A stretch of 64,000 nt of DNA from the NCBI RefSeq assembly GCF_006345805.1, contig NC_043008.1:3534001-3598000 (forward strand), read 5' to 3'. How positions within the stretch are numbered: the stretch's first letter is position 1; every line of letters begins with the position of its first letter. This document shows positions 12,892 to 26,530 of this stretch, piece by piece. This DNA is from Octopus sinensis. Lineage: Eukaryota. The translations under genes were made by a program, and so were the position numbers. The notes beneath the pieces were generated by a model that did no database searches, had not been told where the DNA came from, and saw only the letters and a list, made by a program, of their open reading frames with translations.

Positions 12892-13407
12892 ATCAACAGA
12901 AATATCACTGTATTTCCAAACATCAGACTCACACACACACACACACACACACACTTCCCGCTTCACTTCTTCCTATTACTAATCTATTCAATTAATATTT
13001 AATTAATTTCAACTCCAACGTTGTCTTCCAAGAATTTCTAGACCAGAATTAACCATTAAATTAACCTAATGTTATTTTATTTCTTCATTACGATAATTCT
13101 AATTAATTACAAAAATTCATAACTCTTTATTATTTTACTCTTAGTTCTAACGCGTATCTTTGCTTCTAAAGTATCGAAACACCAAACTGGTAGATTTCTA
13201 TGTGTTTCTTGTGAAGACGATGACTCTCTTTCCGATAATTTTCCCTTCTTTTTCCTCGCCTTTCATTTTCCAGACTTCTAATACCCTTACCCCCTTCCTT
13301 CTAATTTTGCCTTCCTCATTTTCCATTTCTTTTCCATTTTCTCATTTCTTGCAGTTTACTCATTTGTTAAATCATTTTCATTTAGATATTACTCTCTCCC
13401 TCACTCA

Positions 13408-13439
<32 letters not shown>

Positions 13440-13649
13440 ATCTACCTATCTATCTATCTATCTATCTATCTCTTTTCTGTTACACACTGAGTCTCTCTAT
13501 CTATCTTCTCCGTCGGATAATGATGTTTTATCAGTTTCTCTTTCGAATGAAATTTCGTTTTTCTTCTTCTATTATTGTTTCGTTCTCTTTCCAAAAACAT
13601 TGCGTTCTTTCTGTATTTTTCTCTCTATTTCACTCTCAAATAGTGCTTT

Positions 13650-13835
13650 CAAATTTTAGCACAAGGCCAGCAATTTTAGTTTGGTGAGTAGAATAATATA
13701 AGAATCGAAGGGTCTCTCTGGTCTTATAGGATGAAAGAAAGGGTCGACGACGGCGGAATCTGGATCCGGAATATAAAGCGCCCATTAAGCAATTTGTCCG
13801 ACGCACTAACAATTCTGCAAGCTCGCCATCTTTCC
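13650..13835 (+). mobile_element. SINE family A copy
   Basis: ggatgaaagaaagggtcgacgacggcggaatctgga...cgcactaacaattctgcaagctcgcc matches the family seen at 38225-38370. Confidence 0.65.
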
Positions 13836-13907
13836 TCACTGTCAAATGATGTAATTTTCTTTACCTCTCTTTCAACATTTATATTCTGACTCCATACCAT
13901 TTTGTCC

Positions 13908-13958
<51 letters not shown>

Positions 13959-14539
13959 TCTCTCTCTCTCTCTCTCGCTCTTTCCAAATCTTTCTCTTAA
14001 TGTTTTCCATTCTTCTTATTTCATTCTCTTCCTGCCTGTCTCTCTCCCTCTCTCTCCCTCTCTCTCTCTCTCTATGTATCTATCTATCTATCTATCTATC
14101 AATCTCTCTCTCTCTCTCTCTACTTCGATTATTTCCCTCTATAACTCAAACAAACTCTTTCATATTCTTTCTTTCTCACTGCAATTCCATTCCATTCGAT
14201 ACTCTTTCCTCTACTCACTCATTGCCCTCGCATTCCCCTTCCCTCAAACAAAAACTCCTCCCACACGTTTATCTACTTTTTTATTCCTTCAACCATTGCA
14301 TTCGGTATTAGTTTCTCTTTGGCCTCACATCCGTCCTTTCGTCGTCCTCATGGCAAATGAAATCATCATCATCGTCGTCGTCGATATTATCATCATCATC
14401 ATCATCATCAAAATCCTCATCATTACTGTTGTTGTTCTGTGTTTCTTTTGCACAAATTTACTCTTAAATAAACTATGGTCTTTATATACAGAGAGATAGA
14501 TATAGATATAGATAAATAGATATATAGATATATATATAC

Positions 14540-14577
<38 letters not shown>

Positions 14578-15099
14578 TGTGTGTGTGTGTATACATACAT
14601 GTACATATATAAAGATGCACATACATATAAATATATATGTGTGTATGTGTATAATATATATATATATATTTATACATACATATATATGCATACATACATA
14701 TGTACACATATATATATATATATATAATATATATATATATATATTATATATATATATATATAGTAAACGTTTAACTAGAGAGGGAAAAAATAAGAAATAA
14801 TATTTGAAATGTGTCCAGAGAAATGGGAGTAAAGAAAAGATATTCTGCAAAAAAAAAATACGCCACCGAGCATATATAAATAAATAAGTACGCCACAGTG
14901 GAGGGACTGGTGGTGATGCTGTATCATATGAAGGGTTTGAAATGAAGTGAAGAACATAAATAACGGTGTTTCAATAAGAAGGACGCTTCATAGAAGAAAT
15001 TCAGAAGATAGATTTCAAAGCAACACTTACTTTATTTTACATAATATCGATAATCAACGCAAATATAAATACTAACATTTCTAAATAAGAAACATACAC

Positions 15100-16185
<1,086 letters not shown>

Positions 16186-16491
16186 GACAATCTGAGCGAT
16201 GCAAAATTCCCTTTAGCTCATTCTTCAAGATCTCGTATGAATATGGTAACTCAATCTGATCTGTTATGATTTCCTGAGAGAAAGGGGGATGGGGGTGTCC
16301 TTTTTAGGCACTGCTGAGAGAGTGGGAGGAAGGGAGGAAACTAACATCAGATAGTTATTGTTATATGATATGACAGCTTGTAAAACACCGGACTTCCACT
16401 GATGTGTTTAAGCGGGACAACGGAATAAGTCCACACTCCTGCTACATAATGTGAAGTACAAAACTCTGAAATCCCCCTCTCTCTCTCTCTT

Positions 16492-16524
<33 letters not shown>

Positions 16525-16589
16525 AACACCGCGATAATTTTACATAGACAGAGCGTCCTTTCAGTTTTAACAGTCATTTTTGCTAACTG

Positions 16590-16705
16590 TGAGGATTGAA
16601 GGAGCGTGAAGTTAAGTGCCTTGTTCAAGAACACAACGTCTTTTACAGAGTGGGAATCGAAGCCACGACCTAACGATCGAGTAACCAGTTGCCTAACGTA
16701 TCACT
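16590..16705 (-). mobile_element. SINE family C head
   Basis: Reverse complement gives gtggcttcgattccc...gtgttcttgaacaaggcacttaacttcacg, similar to 43862-43980. Confidence 0.6.
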
Positions 16706-18673
16706 ACATTCTGGCTACGCATCATTACATTCTGCTACAAATACAATCCATATTGCCTTTTTATACTTACCGTCTTCTAAGAATGAAATATTGGTTTGAA
16801 AAAAGAATACAGGATAAAAAATATTGGAATACTTTTGATCATGGCTCTGTCAATTATGGCTGACCTGGCATCAAATGGACCTTATGGCATTATTTCAATT
16901 GATATTGACTCTTACTTTTAACGGCTTAACCCGATATTGCTGTCACATTGTAACATAAGCCACACAGATAAGCCGTTTGTTCATTTCCTTGCTAAGACTT
17001 AACCTGAAATCATAACCGAAACACTAGACTACGAGTAAAGGGTGTTCAAACCATGACACTGCTGTCTCTTCTTTTTATATTTAAAATTACATTATCAAGT
17101 TTGAATTTTTAAGCGGCAGGTAAAGATTTCAGTGACACTTGGCTGCTTTTTGTAGAAAATCGAGTGGTATTATTTCTTTATTTGACCAAGGGAATTCGAC
17201 TGAGATAATGTTGAAAGGCAAACAATTGATACTATCAAATAGTGGGTAAAATGATGGCAATACTATAATTCTCAATCATCGCTATTTCAGACCTAAAGTT
17301 ACGTTAGCACGTCCTAAGTTCTTACAATATTTGCCAAAGATGAGATTAAACTAACATTAGTTCTCGAACGAATATTTCATTTCCTAACTGCATGCGTTAT
17401 TCAAATAGAAAATAATTAGAATTGCAGAGTTGTCACCCCTTCGCATTGATCAGATTTAATTACTATTAACCATTGAGTCTACGTTTTTCTCTCTTCATTG
17501 AAAAGGTAAATTTAGTTAATTTAAATCCATTTGCTCAATACATTAAGTATGTTAACACAAAATTAAATATATTATCACAAAGAAACCAACGGAGGACTCT
17601 CTACCTCACCTCATTGAACCTGCTAGAAATAGCAGCTAAACTTTATTTAAAGTACAGCCTAAAACCATGGAAAAAAACTAGATAAAGCAAGGCTGGGTTC
17701 ACGGCATGAAAGAAAAAGACGTGATGGTCATGCTGGAGTTCATTTGATCATAAGCTTGCTCGACCGTAGTTGACCTAAGCCAAACAACAAGAGATGAGTT
17801 ATTAGACGCGTTGTTGTTTTTTGACAATTTACTTCATCAAATGTACTGCTGAGAAAACGGTTCGATCAGGTTCAATCCATGCTCTAAATCAAGTCTGTAA
17901 CCAAAAGATGTTAAGTGATAATATTCGTAGACACATTGTTTTCAGCAATGCTTCCAAAGATGGGTGTATAGTATCGGAAAACAAACAATAGGATATAAGA
18001 ATCAAAACCACACACTTAGGAAAGAGGAGCAGCTGTTCGATCTCCAGCAAATGACTTGTACTTATTGTTATCGACACCTTTCAGGGGATGATTAGAAGCA
18101 AAGTCAGCCTTACTTTGATTTGAACTTGGAACATTAAGAGATGTAAACAAATTATACGAAGAATATATTTTACTGAAGCAAACGATTCTGATAAGCTGCA
18201 AGTGAACATCTATGCGTTCATTCGCCCCCTGTTAAAAACGCCAGATAGATTCTTTCAAGTCACGGCCTAATGTTTAAAAAATGGAGGACACATTTGATTA
18301 TGTGGCCCTTGATGTACAGCAAGAGAAAAAAAACCCAGCTCTTTTGTCATTGATCGATTTGAATGGGGTTAATCTGTGGATAAACAACAAAATCATCAGT
18401 TTTCTTTTTACACAAGTTTAACATATTGCTGTCAAATCGTTATTGAGATCTGTTTTTCTCACATTTATGTAGAATTTGGTGAATAAAATCAGTTTTAGAA
18501 AGAATAAAATCTGAAATCCGATTAAGCAAAAAGAAAAGTTCAATAAAGAATTATATTTCATGTAAACTAAAAGTATAATTAAAGAGAAGATAATTTTTGT
18601 ATTTCGTTTTATTCTAAGTTTCGTTTTATTCTGTCTAGTATACGTGATAGAAGTATCTTAGCAGATCTCTAAA

Positions 18674-18730
18674 CGGAAAACATGTTTTCTGTAGGCGGAA
18701 GCCATGTTTACTCTGAGCGGAAAACATGTT
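18674..18730. repeat. Three 22-bp-phased copies of CGGAA(AA/GC)CATGTT
   Basis: Copies start at exactly 18674, 18696 and 18718. Confidence 0.85.
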
Positions 18731-19614
18731 GGTAACTGACACAGAAATAAGGAGAAAACATTTCCTGACACTTTTTAATAGTTGCGATTTCCAATATCTG
18801 CTATTGAGATGTCAGTATATAAGTACCTTGCCACTAAATGGAGACTATAGAAGTATCGAACAATGAGAACAAACATACTTCAATTGTTCAATTGTTTGTT
18901 CAAATGCATGACAATGAAATGGAATTATTACAGACAACTGTATCAATAGGATGAACGTAGCGGTGCAAAAATAATCGACACTTTGATTATTTCGAAAGGA
19001 TTGATCTCTACTAAATAAGAGTAGATGAAGAAAGCTTTTTTGATGTGACATTAGGTCAATAGATATGAAATAGTGCATTCACGATTGCATAGAGAACTAG
19101 GGCTCAAAGGAAAATGTTTTAAGGATTTAGTGTAAAAAGAGGAAAGAAAGCTTCAAATATTGCTGTTGAAATATTTTGTTCATTGGTGGATGGAAAAGAT
19201 TGTAATATACAGGCTGCTCCTTTGATTATTCTGCTAAATAAAGTGTTTAATTCTTTTATAATGATGAAAATAAATGCAAATCAGTAAATGAAGCAATTAC
19301 ACACGTTCATTCAAATTTTTTGTCAAATATTAAATCCGTATAAAAATCTGGTGCCTTTATACAAGAGTTTACAATTACAGTCAGGAAGATTGTTTACTTT
19401 GCAGCGTTTGTATGAATAACAACTGTGAAACTTTCCGTAATGCCTGAATACACTGGAGGAATAACTTCTATTCTATGGAATATTATAGAGACAGGGATTA
19501 GAGTTCACAAACAAATGCAACATTTATATCAATATTGGTTTCCAGATTTTGGTAGAAAATGCAATCCACTTACCTCCTGCATTGGAAGGATAAGACTGTT
19601 ACATTGACGCCAGT

Positions 19615-21790
19615 GTTCAAATGGTACTCACTTTATCGACCTCGATAGGATGAAAGGCAAAGTGAAGCTCGGAGGAATTTGAACTCAGAACATAAAGACA
19701 GGTGAAATGTCTCTAAGCATTTTGCCCAGAGTGCTAATGATTCTCTCAGTCACCGCTTTACCATTTTTATTAATATTATTAATATTATTCAGGGACTCAA
19801 AACAGCGAGTTGGCAGAATCATTAGCACGCCGGACACAATACTTAGCCGCATTCCGTTCATCTTTACGTTCTGAATTCAAGTTCCGCCGAGGTCAACTTT
19901 GCGTTTCATTCTTTATGGATCAATAAAATAAGTATCATTTGAACTGTGGGATCGATGTAATCCACTGCCCCGCCCACGAAATTTCAGTCCTTGTACCAAA
20001 ATTTAAAACGAATATTATCAGGGACTCCATGTATATTAGAAAACTACAATTTTTAAATCTCACAACAAGAGATATTCAGCAACAGTACTTTGGAGTAAAG
20101 ATTGTTTGCCAACATAACATGCAGTCCTGGTTTAGGACGAATGTCTCCTGGGGCTAAATTACAGCAACGTTTGTCCTAAACCAGGACTGCCATGTTATGT
20201 TGGCAAATGATATTTACTCCATGTATATCGCCTGACTCTGGAGCTATGTCTGAAAATTTCTTCAAAGCCCAAGCCTGGCCAAGGTGATTTCGTAAAAGAT
20301 CAGAATTTGCTCATCCATAGACGTCACCCATCTCCTCGCAACTGGCCTTCTCTAAAAGAAGGACAGACGGCTGATCACAATTTCATACCAGAATTGTCAC
20401 CAATATTAACGTCAGAGCACAAGAGGCGAAATGTATACTGCAAGGAATCTCATCCAACGTTCTCAAACTATCACCTGTCCACTTCACGGGTCAATTACTC
20501 TATTTTCCGACCCTGAAAGGGATGCAAGACAAAGTTTATCCCTGCAGGATTTGAACCACCACAACAAATACCAGTAAGCATTCTATACAACAATTCAAGC
20601 AATCTGCCAAATTGTTTTCTTAATATCATACATAATTACAGATACTTACTCTATTTGTTGAAGGCAATTTGAAGTGGTGTTCATAGATTTAATTCCTATC
20701 TTTAAATACTAATTCCCTTCCGTGTTAGGAAGCAGATAAAATCTAGAATCGCAGTTTCTACGCAGTCAATAATCCGCAAAGTGTGGGAGTTAAAATATAA
20801 ATAGCTAGGAGCTAAGTTCCATTTGTAATACACTCTATCTCCCTCTCTTTCTCGTGAATAAACACGAGCTCGAATTGTCGAATCTTTTTTTATTTTTTGT
20901 CATTATAACTACATTTATTGCAACTACGCTACTTATTCTTGTATTCAGAACATTCTAGTTGGCAGCGAGCTCGCAGAATCGTTAGCAAACCAAACAAAAT
21001 GCTTAGCGACATTCCGTCCGTCTATATGTTCTGTGTTCAAGTTCCGCCGAAGTCAACGTTGCCTTTCTTCTCTTAGGGGCTTGATAAGATAAAATATTGG
21101 TGACTATATAATCGACAGGCCACGACACCCTCTAAAAAATTTCCGACCGTGTGTCAAAGCTAGAAAGAATTATAATTATTGATTTCAAATTTTGGCACAC
21201 GGCCAGCAATTTCGGTGTTCAACTGGTCCTTATTTCATCGACCCTGAAAAAAGAAAGGCAAAGTTGACCTCGGTAGAATTTGAACTTAGAACAACGCAAA
21301 GTCGGAAGAAATGCTGTTAAACATTTTGCGTGGTGCGGTGATAATCCTACCAGCTCGCCGTCTTAATTATAATTACTGATTTCATAATCATGGACATTCT
21401 TTTCATGTCGAATTAACGGCTGAGAGAGACGCGCTGGATATAGCAGATAAATTCCTTTTCTGACTGGACGGTGAGCATTAATCGGAACTTCCAACTGAAT
21501 TTTTAATCGCGAAATGGTCATGGACGTAATTCAAGGGCATAGATCGAAGTTCCCAGATCGAAGGTCGAATAAGTGTGATGCAATGTAACAAGGTTGAACC
21601 TTTAAATTACGGGTACTAGTAAGAAGAGATAAAAAGATAATCAACCGCAGTACTACTCCGGTAGTTTATTTATCAACCCTGGAATTATAAAAATAAAGAC
21701 GTTTTTGGCGGGATTTGAACTCCGTGCGCAGAGTGCTGGTATGTCGCAAGATATTCTTTGAAGGCACAAATGAGTCTGTCAATTCGCTAT
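19615..21790. mobile_element. Cluster of about 6 SINE family A copies in mixed orientation
   Basis: The core atgaaaggcaaagt(c/t)gacctcggcggaatttgaactcagaac appears at ~19615-19760 (+), 19803-19990 (-), 20480-20580 (+), 20962-21100 (-), 21180-21362 (+) and 21590-21790 (+). Confidence 0.8.
20105..20207. repeat. Long inverted repeat (hairpin or MITE-like)
   Basis: Arms 20105-20140 and 20171-20207 are complementary apart from one indel and one mismatch. Confidence 0.9.
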
Positions 21791-22984
21791 CTGGTATGCT
21801 GAATAATTCTTTTATCCTTTTCGGCGATTTCCGTCAATGGTTTGTAGTTATAGTGGTATACCGCCTTCAAGTATTTGGCTGATTATATCAGCCACAGGAC
21901 TTGTATCAATCTGAAATCGAACCTGGAATTACGTACTTCATAGTAAATTTGTTAAACAGATGACTTTGCTTGCGCCGAGGACCAATAATATTTAAACGAG
22001 TAGTTTAGTCTCTTTCTCTGTCAGTTATAAATCAAACCATCTTGGTCATCGATGAAATAGCAAATGAGTTTGAAGAAATTTGGAACGAGTGTTTACGAAG
22101 CAACGTTAATGGGTAATTGGTGACTACACGTGGGAAAGTCTCCAAGTATCATATGAAAGGAATTGATAAGTTAGCCAAATATTGGTTTCCCTTTCTGAGA
22201 CTCAATAAAACTAAGGAAAAAAATTGATTTCCTTGTGATAAAATACTTTAAAGGAATACACTAATGCGTCACTTATCAAATAGTTGACAACTGTTATCAA
22301 ATATCTTATTTTGCAAATGATAAATCGATGGGGATAATATATCTTGAGGATGTTGCACTGTGTAAGATCAAAGTTTTGGCCATTTCAAAATTCCCAACTT
22401 GATACATAATGACTGTGGATCACTTCACACTATAGACTGGAAATAGTTCCAGCGCGAAATAATCTGCTTCCTACATAACTGTACACATTTAAAATCGAGT
22501 CAGAGATAAAGTGAATCTTATTATATATACTACTTTACATGGATTCCATTCGCTGTACATAAATTCTCTAAATGTATTCCATATTGTATACACGCTGTTC
22601 TGCAGAGATATAATTTTAGGATTAATATTATGGTATATTTTGTTATAGACACCAAATTATTTTACACAGATTAACAAACGAAGAGGCCCCTACCCCGTCT
22701 GTACATCTACTAAAAATAATAATCAAATTTGCCTCAAATTACACTGAAAGTCTTCGAAAATGAATAAGAAAATATATTAGTTTATGCAGTCATGGATATA
22801 CAAAAAAGAAATTACGGAAAAGTGACGACTGAAACGCATTTAATTCCAGATTTGTTCGATGAGCACAAGCTTTAACAAAACCAAAGCATGAAATAAAAGA
22901 TGATATAAATGAAACGAGGATTGGCTTATTTTTAGCTGTATCAATGTAGAAGATGCGAAAACAGGCGAATGCAAGGCTGATACG

Positions 22985-23345
22985 TGTTTGCATTGCGGCC
23001 ATGTTTTCAGGCTCAGTCACAGTGTACGACATCTTGGGAAATGTCTTCTGCTATAGCTTCGGGCCAGCCAATGCCTTTGCGAGTGAATTCAGCTGTCGTA
23101 TGCGCGCGCGCGCGTGTGTGTGTGTTTGTGTTTGTGTGTGTGTGTGTGTGTGTGTCTGTGTCTCTGTGTGTGTCTGTGTGTCTCTGTGTGTCTCTGTGTG
23201 TCTGTGTGTGTGTGTGTGTTTGTGTTTGTATGTGTGTTTGTGTGTGAGTGTGTGTGTGTGTGTATGTATGTGTGTGTATGTATGTGTGTGTGTGTGTGTG
23301 TGTATGTATATGTTTGTATGTGTGTGTTTGTTTTTGTGTGTGTCG
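22985..23345 (+). mobile_element. SINE family B 5' fragment followed by a (CG)n/(TG)n tract
   Basis: ggctcagtcacagtgtacgacatcttgggaaatgtcttctgctatagcttcgggccagccaatgcc, then gcgcgcgcgcgcg and about 240 bp of TG-rich repeat. Confidence 0.65.
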
Positions 23346-24326
23346 CACACAACTTGACGGCTGATATTGCTTGTTTATGTTCCTGCAAGTTAACAGGTTG
23401 GAAAAGGAATCCGATATGATAAAACTAGACAAAAACCTTCGAAATTGTACGACAGAAACAGCGATAATCAAAACATCATATGATGGCTGCTTATTATTAC
23501 ACACAATACTAAATTAAGAAGGCTTACTTTCTAAAAATAAGGTACATCACCAAAAATTTTCTAGAAATGACATAATAAACTGAGTCCTGGAACCCTGTAC
23601 ACTGAACTTGGTAGGGGCTTTATTTTATCAAGCAAGGCTACAAGATAATGTTCACTTGAAGGAATGTGAACTCTGAATGCATATCGCGTTACCGATTTTA
23701 ACAATTTACTGTACATTACAAAGAAATGGTAACATTTGGAATAATATCAAACTTGATGCTTTCTTTGTACAACAGTAGACCTTTGATATGTTTTCATTAC
23801 CAGTATCGGTGTTAGAATTTGAAAGTTAGACTTCGGTATTTGGACAATTCTAAGCTCTGTACCACAAATATTATAACGAACTGTGATATCACTTCTGACA
23901 CTGACCAAATTTTATTGTACTAAAAACACCCACCAAAACACCAGCGTAGTATTAGGTACTTAGACAGAATGCAAGAATTCAGAATTCATTCTGGTATAAA
24001 TTTGTATAGATTGTAATGATTGGCAAAGTGTGCTGCAAATCGATATTTATTGGTTTATGGCTAAAAATGGAAACTCATATTGTGAAATTAAATATAAAAA
24101 ACTGTACACATGATAATATTCTTAAAGTCTGGGAAGCGACGGGAGTATAGACAATAACAGTATATCTCTGAAATCAATAACTGCAAAATTGGCTTTGATG
24201 GTTTTGCGATTTGTATCCAGGTGTAGGAAACATCCTTCAAATGACCTGAGAAAACAATATACATAGAACATGACTGTGTAACAGTATTAATGACAAATAG
24301 TCTCGTAAGATATGTATTTTCATAAG

Positions 24327-25111
24327 ATATCTAAATTAGTCACTGCAAGTGAGTTTTTTTCTCGGTTTCGGTTAACGTTATGAGAAGGGAGAAAATACGC
24401 AACGTGAATCAGTCTTAACCAATATTTTTATCTCTGTAAATAGCCCAGCTGGCCCCTTATAGCAGCAGATGGGCTTCCGAGAATCTACAACATGTGACAA
24501 ATGTTAGTTCTAGCCAAGAGAGTGTGCTGTTGTAATCCGGACGTCAGTTGAGCGATCTTCAGACTATAAATACGTGCATCAAAATGGATTCTACTACATA
24601 CACCCAAAAGTCAGTTAGTAGAGTTGTAGTTTTTTTATGAAAAGAAAAACAAATGTAAAACTACAAAAGCAATAAATGTGTATAAACATGATCAACGAAA
24701 CGTAAAATAGTGGTTCACTAATTTAATTAAATCGTTAATAGGAAGCAAGTACAATAAACAGTAGCGTGTTCTCAAAGAAAGTCACAAAAATTACATGGTC
24801 CATAAATAATACATTTAAAATACATGAAATGGAAAACGTTAGTTGAAATATCTATAACTAATGAGGAAGTAGCGAATTTGAAAACCACTCCTCGTCTCCT
24901 CACTTTATAGGGTCATAGCTATATGGGCAGTGTGACAAATTGACTAAACATTTACTTCAAAAATATGGTTTTCACAAAGACACACTGGAATCGATTGATT
25001 CACACATTGTAAGTCTGACTTATCAAGCAAGCGTCAAAATATGCAAAAATTTTCCCAAGGTTTTCACTTCTAATTATTGTCCAGTTCACGAAAATGAATA
25101 CTGACACTTAA
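24327..25111 (+). other. Candidate chain of four short exons (24327-24348, 24444-24502, 24919-25008, 25085-25111)
   Basis: AG/GT borders with compatible phases, conceptually giving ISKLVTATQLAPYSSRWASENLQHVTNLYGQCDKLTKHLLQKYGFHKDTLESIDSHIFTKMNTDT*. No homolog recognised. Confidence 0.2.
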
Positions 25112-26169
25112 TGGCCGTCTCTTATCCAGTAAAAGATAAATATTAAAGAGACCACATTAACTCGGAAAATAGACTCTCACGAACATGTGACGAAAATTCA
25201 CTCTTAGCAATCAAGAAGGAAATGTAGCCACTGTGTCCCAGCAAGCATCAATTGAATAAAATTGACAGAGGCGCCTCCGTGAGATGTAATTGAAATATTA
25301 GATTATGCTAAATAACTTTATATCAGAATGAAAAGTTAAAAGATATCAGAGATGAGATATGATTTCATTGAAATAATTATTTTTACTTCTATTTGTAAAT
25401 ATATATAAACGTTAATGGATAATATATAAATTACAATGTAATCGAGCTATATCAGTGAAAACACTACGATAATGCATAATGTTCAATTAATGCATAAGAT
25501 TCCAACTTAGAAATGAAAATTGGAGTGTGATAGAATTTATTTGACTCGCATTGTTTAGAAAATGTATATGTTTTAATTGTACGCTAGTCTTGTATCATCT
25601 GCTTAGCTGCCAACGTTGGCAGATTGAATTTATGTAAATTTGTTCTATTTTATCAAGTAACGTCAGAAATAGTCGAGCTACTAGCCTAATAGTTGATTAC
25701 GATTTAACTATTAACATCAGATTTGACTGCTATAACAGCTAACTCAGAGTTGATTCTGATTAAATTGCTAGTATAAAAAGTCGTCTCTAATTTATCTTTC
25801 AACAGCTAGTTCCCCTATGATAATCAAAGTTGTCTCGCATTTAACCATTACTATGAGAAGTAACTTTGGTATAACTACAAACAATAGGGCTGAGACTGGT
25901 TTACCAACTAATATCAGAGAAAGTCAACTGTGATGTACATGCAGCAGTGTTGATTTTGGCTTAATTACTATGTAACGTTGTTAAGTTTGGTTTGACATTT
26001 TGACACTGGTTTAACTAATAGAATATTCACTAGCATCAGTTTTGACTCAGATTCATCAACAAGCTGAGTTTGATTTAAACTACTGGCAACTGTGATGATT
26101 CTAGTTTAAATACTAAAATACTGGGGTTTTTTGGAGGCGCGCTAAGGTTTGGTCTAAAGGAAGAGACTG

Positions 26170-26530
26170 CTTCCGAAGCCTCCTTCGAAGTCACTTTCCA
26201 TTGATGCGGTTTGTGTTATCCTTAAACAACATCACGTTAACAGCTGTAGAAGAAGATGGACAGGGAAAAAATTTCCATAGAGCCGACATTCCGAAGAGAA
26301 AAGAATGTTCAAACTGGCTAATGCAGGTTCTGGGGCTGAACACAATACGCATGACGAGAGAAATGGAGACGAGTGAGTGAGGTGTGCCAAAGTAAAGATG
26401 GTTTGGGCTAAGTCAGATCTGAGGATCAGAGGTCACTTGCAATATTAATAAATGAGGAAGAATCAGTAGAGAGTAAATTTCTGGAGCAGAGATATTGGAG
26501 TGTGTTAGTGAGCGACTTCATAACGTAGAG
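26170..26530 (-). mobile_element. CR1/L2-group LINE 3' fragment
   Basis: Minus strand reads RISQFEHSFLFGMSALWK...LFKDNTNRIN, resembling the RT..Y..SFFPRT..LWN.LP...FK C-terminus. Confidence 0.5.

Noticed and set aside
19574-19576. Possible 3-nt micro-exon on the minus strand (ccttccaatgcag|GAG|gtaagt)
   Set aside because: The splice signals look good, but such short matches arise by chance in 128 kb of strand sequence, and no supporting minus-strand gene was found.
23800-24250. Minus-strand exon candidates with acceptor-like sites (24247, 24062, 23921)
   Set aside because: They lack matching donors or contain in-frame stops, and no coherent chain could be built.
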